Below are positions 16,253-27,006 of a stretch of DNA of 64,000 bases, piece after piece; the stretch's first letter is position 1; every line of letters starts with the position of its first letter. The notes beneath the pieces are model-generated. The model saw only the letters and a list, made by a program, of their open reading frames with translations, did not search any database and was not told where the DNA came from. Made by a program: the position numbers and the translations under genes. The DNA is from a virus, in IMG/VR virus record IMGVR_UViG_3300036466_000273, positions 22,108-86,107 of that record; one strand, 5' to 3'.

Positions 16253-17532
16253 TGCGGGGTAAAACCTATATAATTGATACAAATGTCTTAGTACATGACT
16301 TTCATTCCTTTCATAATATACTTACAGATAATGTAGTAGTAATCCCCTATACTGTACTAGAAGAACTTGATAAGTTAAAATCAAAAAACGATGAAGTAGG
16401 GGTAAACGCTAGAAACGTTATTCGTAAGATTGAGCAAGAACAAATAAACAATAACCCTAGAGTCATAATTGCCGAAGTAGATAACTCTATCCCTGTACCT
16501 GATGATCGTATTCTTGAGGTATGCAAAGACCTTAGAGAGGCTGAACCTACTCTAGTGAGCAAAGACGTGTGCCTTCGCACAAAAGCGCGCGCTTTTGGTA
16601 TTAGAACAGAAGATTATAAAGCAGATAAAGTAGAAGTATCAAATCTATACACTGGAATGGCTGAGGAAATTTTTGTCCCAGCCGATGTAGTTACTAATAT
16701 TTATCTACGAGGAGAGTATCTTGTAGAGGATATTGCGGGATTGCGTAAACATGTCAAACTTTATCAAAATCAAGCGGTAACGCTTGTAAATGATACGGAT
16801 TTGACTAATAGAGCCTACGCTATCCACAAAAATGGGACACTAGAGTTAATTGACAACAAAGTAAAGCCCTTTGATTTAACTCCTGCAAATCTTGAGCAAC
16901 AAATTCTAGTGAATCACTTGCTAGACCCGGAGGTTAGTTTAGTCACCGTAACTGGAGCAGCTGGTAGTGGGAAGACACTAGTTGCAGTTGCTTGTGCATT
17001 AGAGTCTGTAATGACACGTGATGAATACAGTAAAGTAACTGTTGCGAGACCGATAATGCCATTCCAGAAAGATATAGGGTTTCTTCCTGGAGACATCGCA
17101 GAGAAGGTATCACCCTGGTTTATGCCTATTGTCGATAACTTAGACTTTCTAATGCCAATGGCTAAACAGCCTAAGAGTAAATCAGGTGCTCGACTCTCAG
17201 CATTTGAAGAACTACAGGCACAAGGAATATTAGAAATGTGCCCTCTTACATTTATTCGAGGACGCAGCATGCCAGACCAGTATATTATAGTTGATGAGGC
17301 TCAGCAGGTAACTGTAGCTGAAATGAAAACTATTCTTACTCGTGTAGGGCAGGGCACAAAAATTGTACTTACAGGAGACTACAGCCAGATTGATAATCCA
17401 TACCTATCAGCTGACTCTAATGGGCTTGTACATTGTGTTGAAAAGTTTAAAGACGAAAGTATAGCAGCCCACATATCTTTGCAGAAATGCGAGCGAAGCG
17501 AGCTGGCAGAAATATCGAGTAAACTACTATGA
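16252..17532 (+). CDS. phoH: PIN-PhoH fusion (PhoH2/YlaK-like RNase-ATPase)
   Basis: IDTNVL..., EELDKLK, DDRIL (PIN); GAAGSGKT, IGFLPG, IRGRS, VDEAQ, GD..QID (PhoH). Confidence 0.93.
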   Translation: MRGKTYIIDTNVLVHDFHSFHNILTDNVVVIPYTVLEELDKLKSKNDEVGVNARNVIRKIEQEQINNNPRVIIAEVDNSIPVPDDRILEVCKDLREAEPTLVSKDVCLRTKARAFGIRTEDYKADKVEVSNLYTGMAEEIFVPADVVTNIYLRGEYLVEDIAGLRKHVKLYQNQAVTLVNDTDLTNRAYAIHKNGTLELIDNKVKPFDLTPANLEQQILVNHLLDPEVSLVTVTGAAGSGKTLVAVACALESVMTRDEYSKVTVARPIMPFQKDIGFLPGDIAEKVSPWFMPIVDNLDFLMPMAKQPKSKSGARLSAFEELQAQGILEMCPLTFIRGRSMPDQYIIVDEAQQVTVAEMKTILTRVGQGTKIVLTGDYSQIDNPYLSADSNGLVHCVEKFKDESIAAHISLQKCERSELAEISSKLL

Positions 17533-18815
17533 AAAAAGCAATCTTATGTAATAGAATCTTTTTAGAGGTTGACGACGAGACTAGAGTTAAACTAAGAAAA
17601 GAACTAACGTATAAGATTCCTCCTACTAGGCGACACGAACCACCTCTTACAATTCGTAATGTGCAAAGCGTTATGAAAGGGGTAATTTCAATTCCTTCTG
17701 GTAGAGAGGATCTGATTCCAGAAGGGTACGAGATAGTTGACAAACGAATTAATAATCCTGTAGAGTTCCCGGAGTTTAAGTACACTCTAAGAGATTCTCA
17801 GCAAGAGATATACGACCAGATTAATTCTAGTGCAATAATAAATGCTACAGTGTCTTTTGGTAAAACTTTTACAGCTTTAGCTATTGCTGGAAAGTTAAAA
17901 CAAAAGACTTTAGTAGTAACCCACACAGTAGCTCTTAGAAATCAGTGGGAGCGAGAAATTAAAAAAGTGTATGGGATTTCTCCAAGTGTTATTGGTTCTG
18001 ACAGATTTGAATTAGCTGGGCCAATAGTAGTCGGAAATATACAAACTCTTTATAATAATATTGATCGAATTAAAAAGGAGTTTGGGACTTTAATCTTGGA
18101 CGAAATGCATCACTGCTCAGCGGCTACGTTCTCTAGAGTAGTGGATAGGTCTTGGGCTACCTATAAGATTGGGTTATCTGGCACAATAAAACGTAAAGAT
18201 GGTAAGCATGTAGTATTCACGGATTATTTTAGTGACAAGATTTTCCAACCTCCTGTAGAGAACTCTATGGAGCCTGAGATTCATCTTCATAAGTCTGAGA
18301 TAAGGCTTATTGATGGGGAAGTCCCCTGGGCTACTAAGATGAATAAGTTGGCTTATGATGAAGATTATCAACATAGTGTCGCTTTATTAGCTTCCTACTA
18401 TGCAAGTAAGGGTCATAAGGTTTTGGTGGTATCAGATAGAGTTGAATTTCTTACCACCTGCGCCGAGCTAGTCGGCTCTAATGCTATTAGTGTTACGGGC
18501 GCTATAAAGGATTTTGAAGAGCGTGAATCCTTACTAAAGCAGGTAAGCTTAGGAGAATATAATGTCCTTTGTGGTACACAAAGTATATTCTCGGAGGGGA
18601 TATCCTTAAACGAACTGTCTTGTTTAATTATGGCTACCCCTATAAATAATGAACCTTTACTTGAACAGCTAATAGGTAGAATACAACGAATCTGTGAAGG
18701 AAAACCAACCCCCGTAGTAGTAGATATAAATTTACTTGGGGGTATAGCTAAAAGACAGGCGGAAAATAGATTAGGTTTCTATCTTCGTAAAGGATGGAAA
18801 GTTAGCACCATCTAA
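17529..18815 (+). CDS. D10: SF2 helicase (T5 D10/UvsW-like)
   Basis: SFGKT, DEMHH, GLSGT, SEGIS, QLIGRIQR. Confidence 0.92.
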   Translation: MKKAILCNRIFLEVDDETRVKLRKELTYKIPPTRRHEPPLTIRNVQSVMKGVISIPSGREDLIPEGYEIVDKRINNPVEFPEFKYTLRDSQQEIYDQINSSAIINATVSFGKTFTALAIAGKLKQKTLVVTHTVALRNQWEREIKKVYGISPSVIGSDRFELAGPIVVGNIQTLYNNIDRIKKEFGTLILDEMHHCSAATFSRVVDRSWATYKIGLSGTIKRKDGKHVVFTDYFSDKIFQPPVENSMEPEIHLHKSEIRLIDGEVPWATKMNKLAYDEDYQHSVALLASYYASKGHKVLVVSDRVEFLTTCAELVGSNAISVTGAIKDFEERESLLKQVSLGEYNVLCGTQSIFSEGISLNELSCLIMATPINNEPLLEQLIGRIQRICEGKPTPVVVDINLLGGIAKRQAENRLGFYLRKGWKVSTI

Positions 18816-18823
18816 AATTGTTC

Positions 18824-18852
18824 TTGACATTTACCTCAATCTTTAGTATAAT
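18824..18852 (+). promoter_or_regulatory. sigma70 promoter
   Basis: TTGACA-17-TATAAT. Confidence 0.88.
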
Positions 18853-18887
18853 AGTAGTATAAATAATGGTTAGGAAGTATAAAAATT

Positions 18888-19292
18888 ATGGTCTTTTATA
18901 ACTGGAGGAGAATTTATGCGCTAACTAATGGGTCGTCTTTCAAAATCTTTGACGTAATTGAGTACTTAACCTACAGAAAATTACCTTGGAATAAACTATC
19001 AAAACACTATTGGGTATCCCAACATGATTGGCATGGAGATAGTTTTCTTATTAATCCGCGAGACTTACTAGAGCAAGGTCAGCTTATAACTACTAAGAGA
19101 GACATCGCCGAATACGTCGGCTTAGCTAGTATGAGAAACTACGCGGAGTATAAAGTTTTTGGTGACCCAACATTAGACTTCCTCGCCTGTAGTGGGAAGG
19201 AAGACATTATTCAACGGAATAGACTTCTACGATTAGAAGATGGTAGAGTACATTTTCTATACGAAGATGCCGTTCCAAACAAAAAGGAGTAA
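18888..19292 (+). CDS. Conserved T5-like hypothetical protein
   Basis: GDSFLINP...AEY.GLAS.RNYAEY...NRLL; position upstream of D11. Confidence 0.75.
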   Translation: MVFYNWRRIYALTNGSSFKIFDVIEYLTYRKLPWNKLSKHYWVSQHDWHGDSFLINPRDLLEQGQLITTKRDIAEYVGLASMRNYAEYKVFGDPTLDFLACSGKEDIIQRNRLLRLEDGRVHFLYEDAVPNKKE

Positions 19293-19298
19293 AGTATT

Positions 19299-19943
19299 AT
19301 GGCTATTGCATTTAACAAGACTAATGGTTCAGCGAAAAAAGGTGGAGCAAAGTATTACGAGTACAAGATGGGTGATAATAAAGTACGAATCTTCGGAGAA
19401 GTGCTCCCTCGCTATATTTACTGGGTATCTGGTACAAACGGTAAAAACGTACCTTTTGAATGCCTAGCATTTAATCGAGATACTGAAACATTTGATAAAG
19501 CCGAGCGAGATTATGTACAGGAGATGTATCCAGACCTTCGCTGCAGCTGGTCTTATGCCGTTAAATGTATTCAGGATGGAGAAGTAAAAATTATGTCTCT
19601 CAAAAAGAAGCTGTTCGAGCAGATTCTCACAGCTGCCGAGGATTTGGGAGACCCTACTGACCTTGAGACAGGCTATGATATCTGTTTTAAAAAGGTAAAA
19701 ACTGGAAGTATGGCTTATAATGTGGAATACCAATTCCAGCCTCTCAAGTGTAAGCCTAGTCCAGTAACTGATGAAGAGCGTAAGCTTATTGAAGAATCAA
19801 AGCCTATTGATGAACTGCTTCCTCGTGAATCAGCCGAAGACCAGAAAAAACGACTTGATAAACTTATGAGTATGGTTGATGGTGAAGAGGAGAAGGAAGA
19901 GGAAGTTGATTCTGAAGTAGCTGACGAGTTTGATGTAGAATAA
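19299..19943 (+). CDS. D11: T5 D11-like protein (putative ssDNA-binding protein)
   Basis: LPRY.YW, PFECLAF.R..E.FD, LKKKLFEQI, acidic C-terminus. Confidence 0.85.
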   Translation: MAIAFNKTNGSAKKGGAKYYEYKMGDNKVRIFGEVLPRYIYWVSGTNGKNVPFECLAFNRDTETFDKAERDYVQEMYPDLRCSWSYAVKCIQDGEVKIMSLKKKLFEQILTAAEDLGDPTDLETGYDICFKKVKTGSMAYNVEYQFQPLKCKPSPVTDEERKLIEESKPIDELLPRESAEDQKKRLDKLMSMVDGEEEKEEEVDSEVADEFDVE

Positions 19944-19944
19944 T

Positions 19945-20871
19945 ATGAAAATACTATTAACAGCAGATTATCATATAAAGTTAGGTCAGAAAAACGTGCC
20001 TTTTGATTGGGCTGTTAATAGGTTTGAAAGTTTATTTCAGCAAATTCACTCTATTGATTGTGACGTCCATGTGGTAGCCGGTGATATATTTGACCGGCTA
20101 CCATCATTGGATGAGTTAAAAGTATTTTATCAATTCGTACTAGGATGCACTGTAGATACATATATTATTGATGGTAATCATGAGGCTACTAAGAAAGGGC
20201 ACACTTTCTTAGAGAAGCTTACTGATATTGTGCAACTATTAAATCCTAAAGTTAGAATTGTCACTAGTATTGAGGAATTTGACTGGGGCACTCTGCTCCC
20301 TTACTGTAAATTAAAGCAGAAGGGAGTTTTTGCGTCTTTGGATAAGAGTAAGCCTCTTTTTACACATGTTAGAGGAGAAATTCCTCCTCATGTCAAACCA
20401 GAAATAGACTTAGACCTATTATCAGATTTTCCAGTAGTTTATGCAGGAGACCTACACTCTCATTCTAATACTCAAAGGAATATAGTATATCCAGGTTCTC
20501 CTATTACTACAAGTTTCCACCGCTCTCTAGTAAGTACAGGATATGTACTAATTGAGGATGCTAGCTGGGAGTGGCATAAATTTGAAGTTCCACAATTAAT
20601 ACGTAAGACAGTTACATCAGAAAAAGAGATGATACTGACAGATTACCATCATACTATTTATGAGTATGAAGGAAATCTAGCAGAACTATCAGATGTTAAA
20701 AATACCGAGTTACTGGATAAGAAAATAGTTAAACGTAGTTCAGAGGCATCTCTAATTCTTACTAATAATATGACTATAGAAGACGAGCTGTCTGAGTTCT
20801 TCCTGTATATTCTAGAGCTGAGCGAAGCTGAAACCAAAGAAGCTATAGGAGTTTTTCGTGATAATATTTAA
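19945..20871 (+). CDS. D12: SbcD/Mre11-like nuclease (D12)
   Basis: ADYH, GDIFD, GNHE, GDLH, YPGSP. Confidence 0.93.
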   Translation: MKILLTADYHIKLGQKNVPFDWAVNRFESLFQQIHSIDCDVHVVAGDIFDRLPSLDELKVFYQFVLGCTVDTYIIDGNHEATKKGHTFLEKLTDIVQLLNPKVRIVTSIEEFDWGTLLPYCKLKQKGVFASLDKSKPLFTHVRGEIPPHVKPEIDLDLLSDFPVVYAGDLHSHSNTQRNIVYPGSPITTSFHRSLVSTGYVLIEDASWEWHKFEVPQLIRKTVTSEKEMILTDYHHTIYEYEGNLAELSDVKNTELLDKKIVKRSSEASLILTNNMTIEDELSEFFLYILELSEAETKEAIGVFRDNI

Positions 20872-22660
20872 AGAGTTAAAATGGGATAACTGCTTCAGTT
20901 ATGGAGTTGGTAATTCTCTTAGGCTTGATGGTGATTCCCTCACTCAGCTAGTAGCAGAGAATGGCAGCGGAAAATCCTCTATACCTCTCATTCTTGAAGA
21001 AGTGCTATTCAACAAAAACTTCAAAGGAATCAAAAAGGCGGATATTCCCAACAGGGCAGGGGATGGTACATATAGTATTTCATTATCTTTTGAAGTCGAC
21101 GGAGAAGACTATTTAGTTGATTTAAAACGTACTAAAAGTATCAAACTGAAGCTGTTCAAGAATGGGAAGGATATCTCTAGTCATACTGCTACTAGCACTT
21201 TTAAGCAGATTCAAGAAATATTAAAAATTGACTATAAAACATTCACCCAACTAGTCTACCAAGGCAATAACTCAGGGCTTCAATTCCTCACTGCTACCGA
21301 TACAACTAGAAAGAAATTTTTAATAGAACTCTTAGGGCTGGAAAAATATGTTGAGTATTATGAAACTTTTAAAGATGTGGCGAGGGAAACAAATATTTCA
21401 GTTTCTGCGCTTGAGTCTAAGTGTGAAACTATTAAAGGCTGGCTTGAAGATAATAAACTAAAAGACGATAGTGAGTGGGAAATTCAAGAAATTAATATAA
21501 GTACTGAACACTTAGAGAAAGAATTAGCTGAATTAAAAGTATCAAAAGACAACATAGAACAGACTAATCGTAAAATTACCTCTAATAACAGTAACAAGAA
21601 GCGTCTAGATGAGCTTAGTAATAAACCTAAGATTACTACTGAAACTACTAAAATAGATACGTCTAGTATTAACTCTGAAATAGGCGGTTTAAAATCTGAG
21701 CAAAGGACAATTAAAGCTCAAGTAGATAAAGTTAAGTCTGTAAACCAAGAATGCCCTACCTGTAAGCAGAAAGTTTCTGAAGAGTTTAAAGAAAACTACA
21801 TTTCTAGTAAACGAGAAGAATTTAACAAGCTAAAAGAAAAGCTTGAAAAGCTTAAAACTGAACTAAAGGGTGCACAAGAACATAATAAAGCAATAGAAGC
21901 CCAACAAGCAAGAGACAAAGAGTTTGAAAAAATCTACCAAACCATTGATAGCTCTCTCCCAGAAGAACTGCTAGTAAAAGATGACCTTGAAGAACAAATA
22001 CAGGCTCTCACTTCTAAGATTAAGGAACAGCGTAGTAAATTAAACACTATAATCGCTAAAAATCAAGAAGCTGAGCGGCATAATACCAAGGTTAAGTTAT
22101 ACAAAGAACAGAGCGCAAGTTATCTTACTAAACTAAAAGAAGCTGAAGAAGAGCTAAAGGAAGTAAAACATTATCGTAAAAGCGTAGAATTGCTTAAAAA
22201 AGCATTCTCTACTAATGGTTTATTAGCGTATAAGATAGAAAATCTTGTAAAAGAGTTGGAGGATTTAGCTAATACTTATTTAGCTGAGTTAAGCGACGGT
22301 AGATTTACTATAGACTTCTTTGTTGAAAAAGACAAGCTAAATATCAATATTACAGATGAAGGCAAAGATACGCTAATCACCGCTCTTTCCAGCGGAGAAT
22401 TAGCACGGGTTAATATAGCTACTCTATTAGCGATAAGAAGTCTAATGAATAGTATTTCTAAATCTAGGATAAATACTTTATTCTTGGATGAAATTATTAA
22501 TACACTAGACGAGTTTGGTAGAGAGAAGTTAATTGAAGTACTTTCTAAAGAAAAGAACTTAAATAGTTTTGTCGTATCACACGGCTGGGAACATCCGATG
22601 CTAACTAAAGTAGGGATTAGCAAGGAGGAAGGAATAAGTAGAATAGACTATGGCGGTTGA
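20858..22660 (+). CDS. D13: SbcC/Rad50-like ATPase (D13)
   Basis: NGSGKS, CPTC zinc hook, LSSGE signature, LFLDE. Confidence 0.95.
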   Translation: MIIFKELKWDNCFSYGVGNSLRLDGDSLTQLVAENGSGKSSIPLILEEVLFNKNFKGIKKADIPNRAGDGTYSISLSFEVDGEDYLVDLKRTKSIKLKLFKNGKDISSHTATSTFKQIQEILKIDYKTFTQLVYQGNNSGLQFLTATDTTRKKFLIELLGLEKYVEYYETFKDVARETNISVSALESKCETIKGWLEDNKLKDDSEWEIQEINISTEHLEKELAELKVSKDNIEQTNRKITSNNSNKKRLDELSNKPKITTETTKIDTSSINSEIGGLKSEQRTIKAQVDKVKSVNQECPTCKQKVSEEFKENYISSKREEFNKLKEKLEKLKTELKGAQEHNKAIEAQQARDKEFEKIYQTIDSSLPEELLVKDDLEEQIQALTSKIKEQRSKLNTIIAKNQEAERHNTKVKLYKEQSASYLTKLKEAEEELKEVKHYRKSVELLKKAFSTNGLLAYKIENLVKELEDLANTYLAELSDGRFTIDFFVEKDKLNINITDEGKDTLITALSSGELARVNIATLLAIRSLMNSISKSRINTLFLDEIINTLDEFGREKLIEVLSKEKNLNSFVVSHGWEHPMLTKVGISKEEGISRIDYGG

Positions 22661-23102
22661 TAGTAGAGCAAAAGGAGCGCGCGGTGAATACCAAGCGCGC
22701 GACCTATTACGTAAATATACGGATTACCAATGGGAGCGTGTGCCTGCTTCAGGTGCGTTAAGCTACCTCAAAGGGGATCTTTATGTTCCTAATGAAGACA
22801 ATAAGTATATGATTGAAGTTAAAAACTATGAGGAGCCTATCTTCGATCATAAAGTATTCACCAATAAGAGTTCTCCCTTTACAAAGTTCTGGCAAAAAGC
22901 GGTAGAACAAGCAGGAGAACGAAATCAACTTCCAGTATTAGTGTTTAAGCATAACAGAAGTAAATTTTTCGTTGCCGTAGACAAGGAACCTAAGAATGTA
23001 AATAGATTCATGTTCATTAAATGGTTGGACGTGTATGTTCTTATGTTTGAGGAATGGTTGCAGAAAGAGGATATTGAATGGCTAAGAAATTCGGCGAATT
23101 AG
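22650..23102 (+). CDS. D14: D14-like PD-(D/E)xK nuclease/resolvase
   Basis: SRAKGARGE, RVPASGA, KGD, IEVK. Confidence 0.88.
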   Translation: MAVDSRAKGARGEYQARDLLRKYTDYQWERVPASGALSYLKGDLYVPNEDNKYMIEVKNYEEPIFDHKVFTNKSSPFTKFWQKAVEQAGERNQLPVLVFKHNRSKFFVAVDKEPKNVNRFMFIKWLDVYVLMFEEWLQKEDIEWLRNSAN

Positions 23103-23914
23103 GAGAAGTTGACAATAGTAGAGTTCTCATTGTTGATGCACTCAACGTCTCTTTTAAATGGAAACACCTGAAACAATGGGACTTTGCCGATGATTTTCTT
23201 GATTTTTGCAGATCATTAGCACGCTCCTACAAATGCGGGAGAATTCTTATCACAGCGGATAAAGGTTCCTCCAGTTATCGCAAGGAAATTTTCCCTGACT
23301 ACAAAGGTAATCGTAAAGATTTACAGGAAAAGCAAACTGAGCAAGAAAAACAAGATTTTGAAATGTTCATCCAAGGCTATAATGACATGCTAGAAATAGC
23401 TGAAGATGAAGGTTATACAGTTTTAGCTTACCAAGGGGTAGAAGCGGATGATATTGCTGCCTATCTTGTCAAATATAAAAACGATTTTGGATTTGGTAAT
23501 ATCTTTTTAGTAAGTTCTGATAAAGACTGGGACTTGTTGCTTAACCATGAAGTACAGCGATTTTCCCATATGACTAGAAAAGACTATACACTAGACACTT
23601 GGGTAGATAGATACGAATTTCACCATGATGATTATATATCTTATAAGTGTCTGACAGGGGATGCGGGAGATAATGTACCTGGGGTAAACGGAGTTGGAGA
23701 TAAACGAGCCACTCAATTAATAGAACAGTATGGTTCAGTATTTGATATTTATGACCAACTTCCGTTACCTGGTAAGCAAAAATTTGTGCAAAATCTCAAT
23801 GACTTTGGCGAACAACTTCTTACTAATGTTGAGTTAATGGATTTATTAACCTATTGTGATGAAGCTATTGGGGAAGATAATATAGCTGATATAAGGGAGA
23901 AACTGAATGACTGA
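23078..23914 (+). CDS. D15: Flap endonuclease/5'-3' exonuclease (D15)
   Basis: YKGNR, EADD, SSDKD, GDAGDNVPGV.GVG.KRA. Confidence 0.95.
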   Translation: MAKKFGELGEVDNSRVLIVDALNVSFKWKHLKQWDFADDFLDFCRSLARSYKCGRILITADKGSSSYRKEIFPDYKGNRKDLQEKQTEQEKQDFEMFIQGYNDMLEIAEDEGYTVLAYQGVEADDIAAYLVKYKNDFGFGNIFLVSSDKDWDLLLNHEVQRFSHMTRKDYTLDTWVDRYEFHHDDYISYKCLTGDAGDNVPGVNGVGDKRATQLIEQYGSVFDIYDQLPLPGKQKFVQNLNDFGEQLLTNVELMDLLTYCDEAIGEDNIADIREKLND

Positions 23915-24176
23915 TAAAGACCTAGATAAAGAGCTTGAAATTATAATCAAGAATACAAAGTCAATTGAATCTCTTAGAGCATTATATAACATTAACAAGA
24001 CTTTAGAGGACAGAAAAGCAGAAAAACTTGATGAATTAGAGCAAAAAATACGTGCACTGACAGAGGAACATGATAAACTCGCTCAAAAAAGTTCACCTTG
24101 GGCATTATCATATTCAGAGATAATAAAACGCAGAATATCAGAACTAATAGTAGGAGACGACGAATGCTCAGAATAG
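23907..24176 (+). CDS. Hypothetical coiled-coil protein
   Basis: Overlaps both neighbours; SD GGGAG. Confidence 0.65.
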   Translation: MTDKDLDKELEIIIKNTKSIESLRALYNINKTLEDRKAEKLDELEQKIRALTEEHDKLAQKSSPWALSYSEIIKRRISELIVGDDECSE

Positions 24177-24577
24177 TAACAGACGACCCTAATCAATTTC
24201 AGAAAGCCCATTCCGTGGATGCGGGATATGATATTCTTTCTTCCGAGGATAAAAAAGTCAGTGCCGGTAGCCGTGCATTAATTTCCACAGGTTTACGTGT
24301 GGCTATTCCGGAAGGGTACGTAGGAATTATTAAACCACGTAGTGGGCTTTCAGTAAAACATAACATAGATATTGGTGCCGGGGTAGTTGATAGCGGGTAT
24401 ACTGGTGAAGTAAAAGTATGCTTTATAAATAATGGAAAAGTACCTTACCATATCAAAAAAGGAAACAAAATAGCTCAGATGGTAGTAGCTTTAATTTACC
24501 AAGATACGGTGGAGAAAGTTGATTCACTGGATGAATCGGAACGATCTGAGGGTGGATTCAACTCTAGTGGTTACTAG
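24164..24577 (+). CDS. dut: Trimeric dUTPase
   Basis: DAGYD, RSGL, GVVDSGYTGE, IAQ, RSEGGFNSSG; ATG 24164 follows AGGAG. Confidence 0.95.
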   Translation: MLRIVTDDPNQFQKAHSVDAGYDILSSEDKKVSAGSRALISTGLRVAIPEGYVGIIKPRSGLSVKHNIDIGAGVVDSGYTGEVKVCFINNGKVPYHIKKGNKIAQMVVALIYQDTVEKVDSLDESERSEGGFNSSGY

Positions 24578-24636
24578 TAGTAAACCTATGATATTTTTAC
24601 ATAGTAGTAAACCTACGAGATTTTGAAAGGATACAA

Positions 24637-26838
24637 ATGGACAAAAATTTTAGAACACTAATGGCTGAGGCTAAGTTCTTTGAGGGCTATGCTCGATTTG
24701 ATGATAATCTTGGTAGGTACGAAACCTGGGAAGAAGCTGTAACTCGTGTAATGAATATGCATCGAGATTACTACTCTAACCTCATGACTCCTGAGCTAAA
24801 AGATTATATTGACTTTGCTGAACGCATGTATAAAGATAAAAAAGTTCTAGGAGCACAACGAGCACTTCAATTTGGAGGTGATCAACTTCTAAAAAACCAT
24901 GCTAGGCTTTATAACTGCGCTGCAACCTATGCAGACCGACCTGAGTTTTTTGGAGAATGTTTTCATTTAATGCTTTGTGGTTGTGGAGTAGGCTTCTCTG
25001 TACAAAGGCCTCATGTTGCTAGTATGCCTGAGATTAGGCGCAGAGATAAAGACCCTAAAACTTTTGTAGTCCCTGATAGTATTGAAGGGTGGGCTAGAGC
25101 ATTGGACGTTCTAATGTCTAGCTTCTTCACTAGTGGGGTACACCAAGAGTATGAAGGGCATAAAGTTTATTTCGATCTTGAGCAAATACGCCCCAAAGGG
25201 GCACATATCTCAGGAGGCTTCAAAGCACCTGGGCCAGAACCTCTACGTAAAGCGCTAGATAGAATAGAGCAAATGCTAAAAGATATTCTAAAATCTGGGC
25301 GCACAACTCTTAAACCAATAGATATTTATGATATCACGATGCACGCGGCAGATGCCGTGATAAGCGGCGGTGTCCGCCGAGCTGCTACTATTTGTCTCTT
25401 CTCTCTCGATGATAAAGAAATGATGAGAGCTAAGACAGGGAATTGGTTTAACGATAATCCACAACGTGCTAGGAGTAATAACTCAGTAGTTCTTTTAAGG
25501 GATGAAACTTCCTATACGGAATTAAAAGCTATAGTTGATTCTATAAAAGAATGTGGAGAGCCTGGGTTTGTATTCTCTGATGATATAGACACTCTCTTTA
25601 ATCCATGCTGTGAAATCGGCCTTTACCCCCGCCTTGAAAGCGGAAATACAGGGGTTCAGATGTGTAACCTTACAGAGATTAATGGGGGGCTTTCAAATAC
25701 AAGAGAGGAATTTTTCGAACAATGCCAAGCAGCTGCAATTCTAGGAACTCTACAAGCTGGTTATACTAATTTTAAGTTTCTAAACGAGGAATCTCATAAG
25801 CTGATTGAAGAGGAAGCTCTTATTGGGGTAGGCATAACTGGTTGGATGAATAATCCTGATATATTATTTGATAAAAATAATATGGTTGGAGGAGCCGAAA
25901 TTGTAAAGGCAACCAATAAAGTATTAGCAGAAATTTTAGGGATTAACCCAGCAGCTAGATGTACGACAGTAAAGCCTTCTGGTAACTCATCCGTGTTGCT
26001 AGAAACTACAAGTGGTATCCACGGAGAGCATGCTCCTGCCTATATTCGTAACGTTCAGTTTAATAAAGAGACAGAAATTGCTAAGATTTTTGAAAAACTG
26101 AACCCTGATATGGTGTCAGATTCAGTATGGTCACAAAATGGTACTGATATATGTGTTTCTTTTCCAGTGATTAGCCCAAAAGGCAGTAAGTATAAATCCG
26201 AGCTACTAGGAGTTAAACAGCTTGAGTATGTAAAGAAAGCTCAGCAATACTGGATAGAGTATGGTACTGACGTGGAACTTTGTCGTAAGCCTTATTTAAG
26301 GCATAATGTCTCTAATACAATTACTGTGGATGACTGGGATGAAGTAATTGATTATGTGTATGATAATAGAGACTACCTATGCGGAGTATCATTCCTATCG
26401 GAATTTGGTGATAAAGCATTACCACAAGCTCCTTTTACCGAAGTACTAAATCTACAGCAATTAACGGACAAATATGGAGCAGAAGTGCTCCTAACTTCCG
26501 CACTTATTGAGGCAGGTCTTCATGCTTTTAATGATGATTTATGGTTGGCATGTGATACTGCTCTCGGTAGAGGTAAGGATATTAGTAAAGAAACTCATAG
26601 TAATATCCCTAAGCGAGATTTTGTACGTAGATTTGAAAAATTTGCTAAGAACTTTTCTACTAAAGAGGAATGTGCTGAATGCCTCAAAGATGTATATCTA
26701 TTCCACAAATGGTGGAAGATTCAGAAAAACGCTAGGTTTATTAATTTTGTAGAAGAGTTGGAAGAAAAGACCTATACTGATATTAACACAATAGGCGCAC
26801 AAGCCTGCGCGGGAGGCGCATGTGAGTGGGGATCGTAA
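24637..26838 (+). CDS. nrdJ: Ribonucleotide reductase large chain, probably monomeric class II (B12-dependent)
   Basis: GGVRRAA, NPCCEI, CNLTEIN, TTVKPSG, C-terminal CAGGAC; no adjacent nrdB in the window. Confidence 0.8.
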   Translation: MDKNFRTLMAEAKFFEGYARFDDNLGRYETWEEAVTRVMNMHRDYYSNLMTPELKDYIDFAERMYKDKKVLGAQRALQFGGDQLLKNHARLYNCAATYADRPEFFGECFHLMLCGCGVGFSVQRPHVASMPEIRRRDKDPKTFVVPDSIEGWARALDVLMSSFFTSGVHQEYEGHKVYFDLEQIRPKGAHISGGFKAPGPEPLRKALDRIEQMLKDILKSGRTTLKPIDIYDITMHAADAVISGGVRRAATICLFSLDDKEMMRAKTGNWFNDNPQRARSNNSVVLLRDETSYTELKAIVDSIKECGEPGFVFSDDIDTLFNPCCEIGLYPRLESGNTGVQMCNLTEINGGLSNTREEFFEQCQAAAILGTLQAGYTNFKFLNEESHKLIEEEALIGVGITGWMNNPDILFDKNNMVGGAEIVKATNKVLAEILGINPAARCTTVKPSGNSSVLLETTSGIHGEHAPAYIRNVQFNKETEIAKIFEKLNPDMVSDSVWSQNGTDICVSFPVISPKGSKYKSELLGVKQLEYVKKAQQYWIEYGTDVELCRKPYLRHNVSNTITVDDWDEVIDYVYDNRDYLCGVSFLSEFGDKALPQAPFTEVLNLQQLTDKYGAEVLLTSALIEAGLHAFNDDLWLACDTALGRGKDISKETHSNIPKRDFVRRFEKFAKNFSTKEECAECLKDVYLFHKWWKIQKNARFINFVEELEEKTYTDINTIGAQACAGGACEWGS

Positions 26839-27004
26839 ATATGCTACAAACGAAGAGATACTAGAAGCTTTGGGAATATCTAATATAGATAGTATTAGAA
26901 AAGTCGAGATTATATTATTTCCAGAATGTTTGCCTACTTTAAAAGTAACTCGATATATTGACAATGTAGAAACTTTAACACAATTCACAATTAGAAAAAG
27001 ATAA
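26822..27004 (+). CDS. Hypothetical protein
   Basis: SD GGAGG, GTG start, ends at the terminator. Confidence 0.55.
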   Translation: MSGDRKYATNEEILEALGISNIDSIRKVEIILFPECLPTLKVTRYIDNVETLTQFTIRKR

Positions 27005-27006
27005 AG

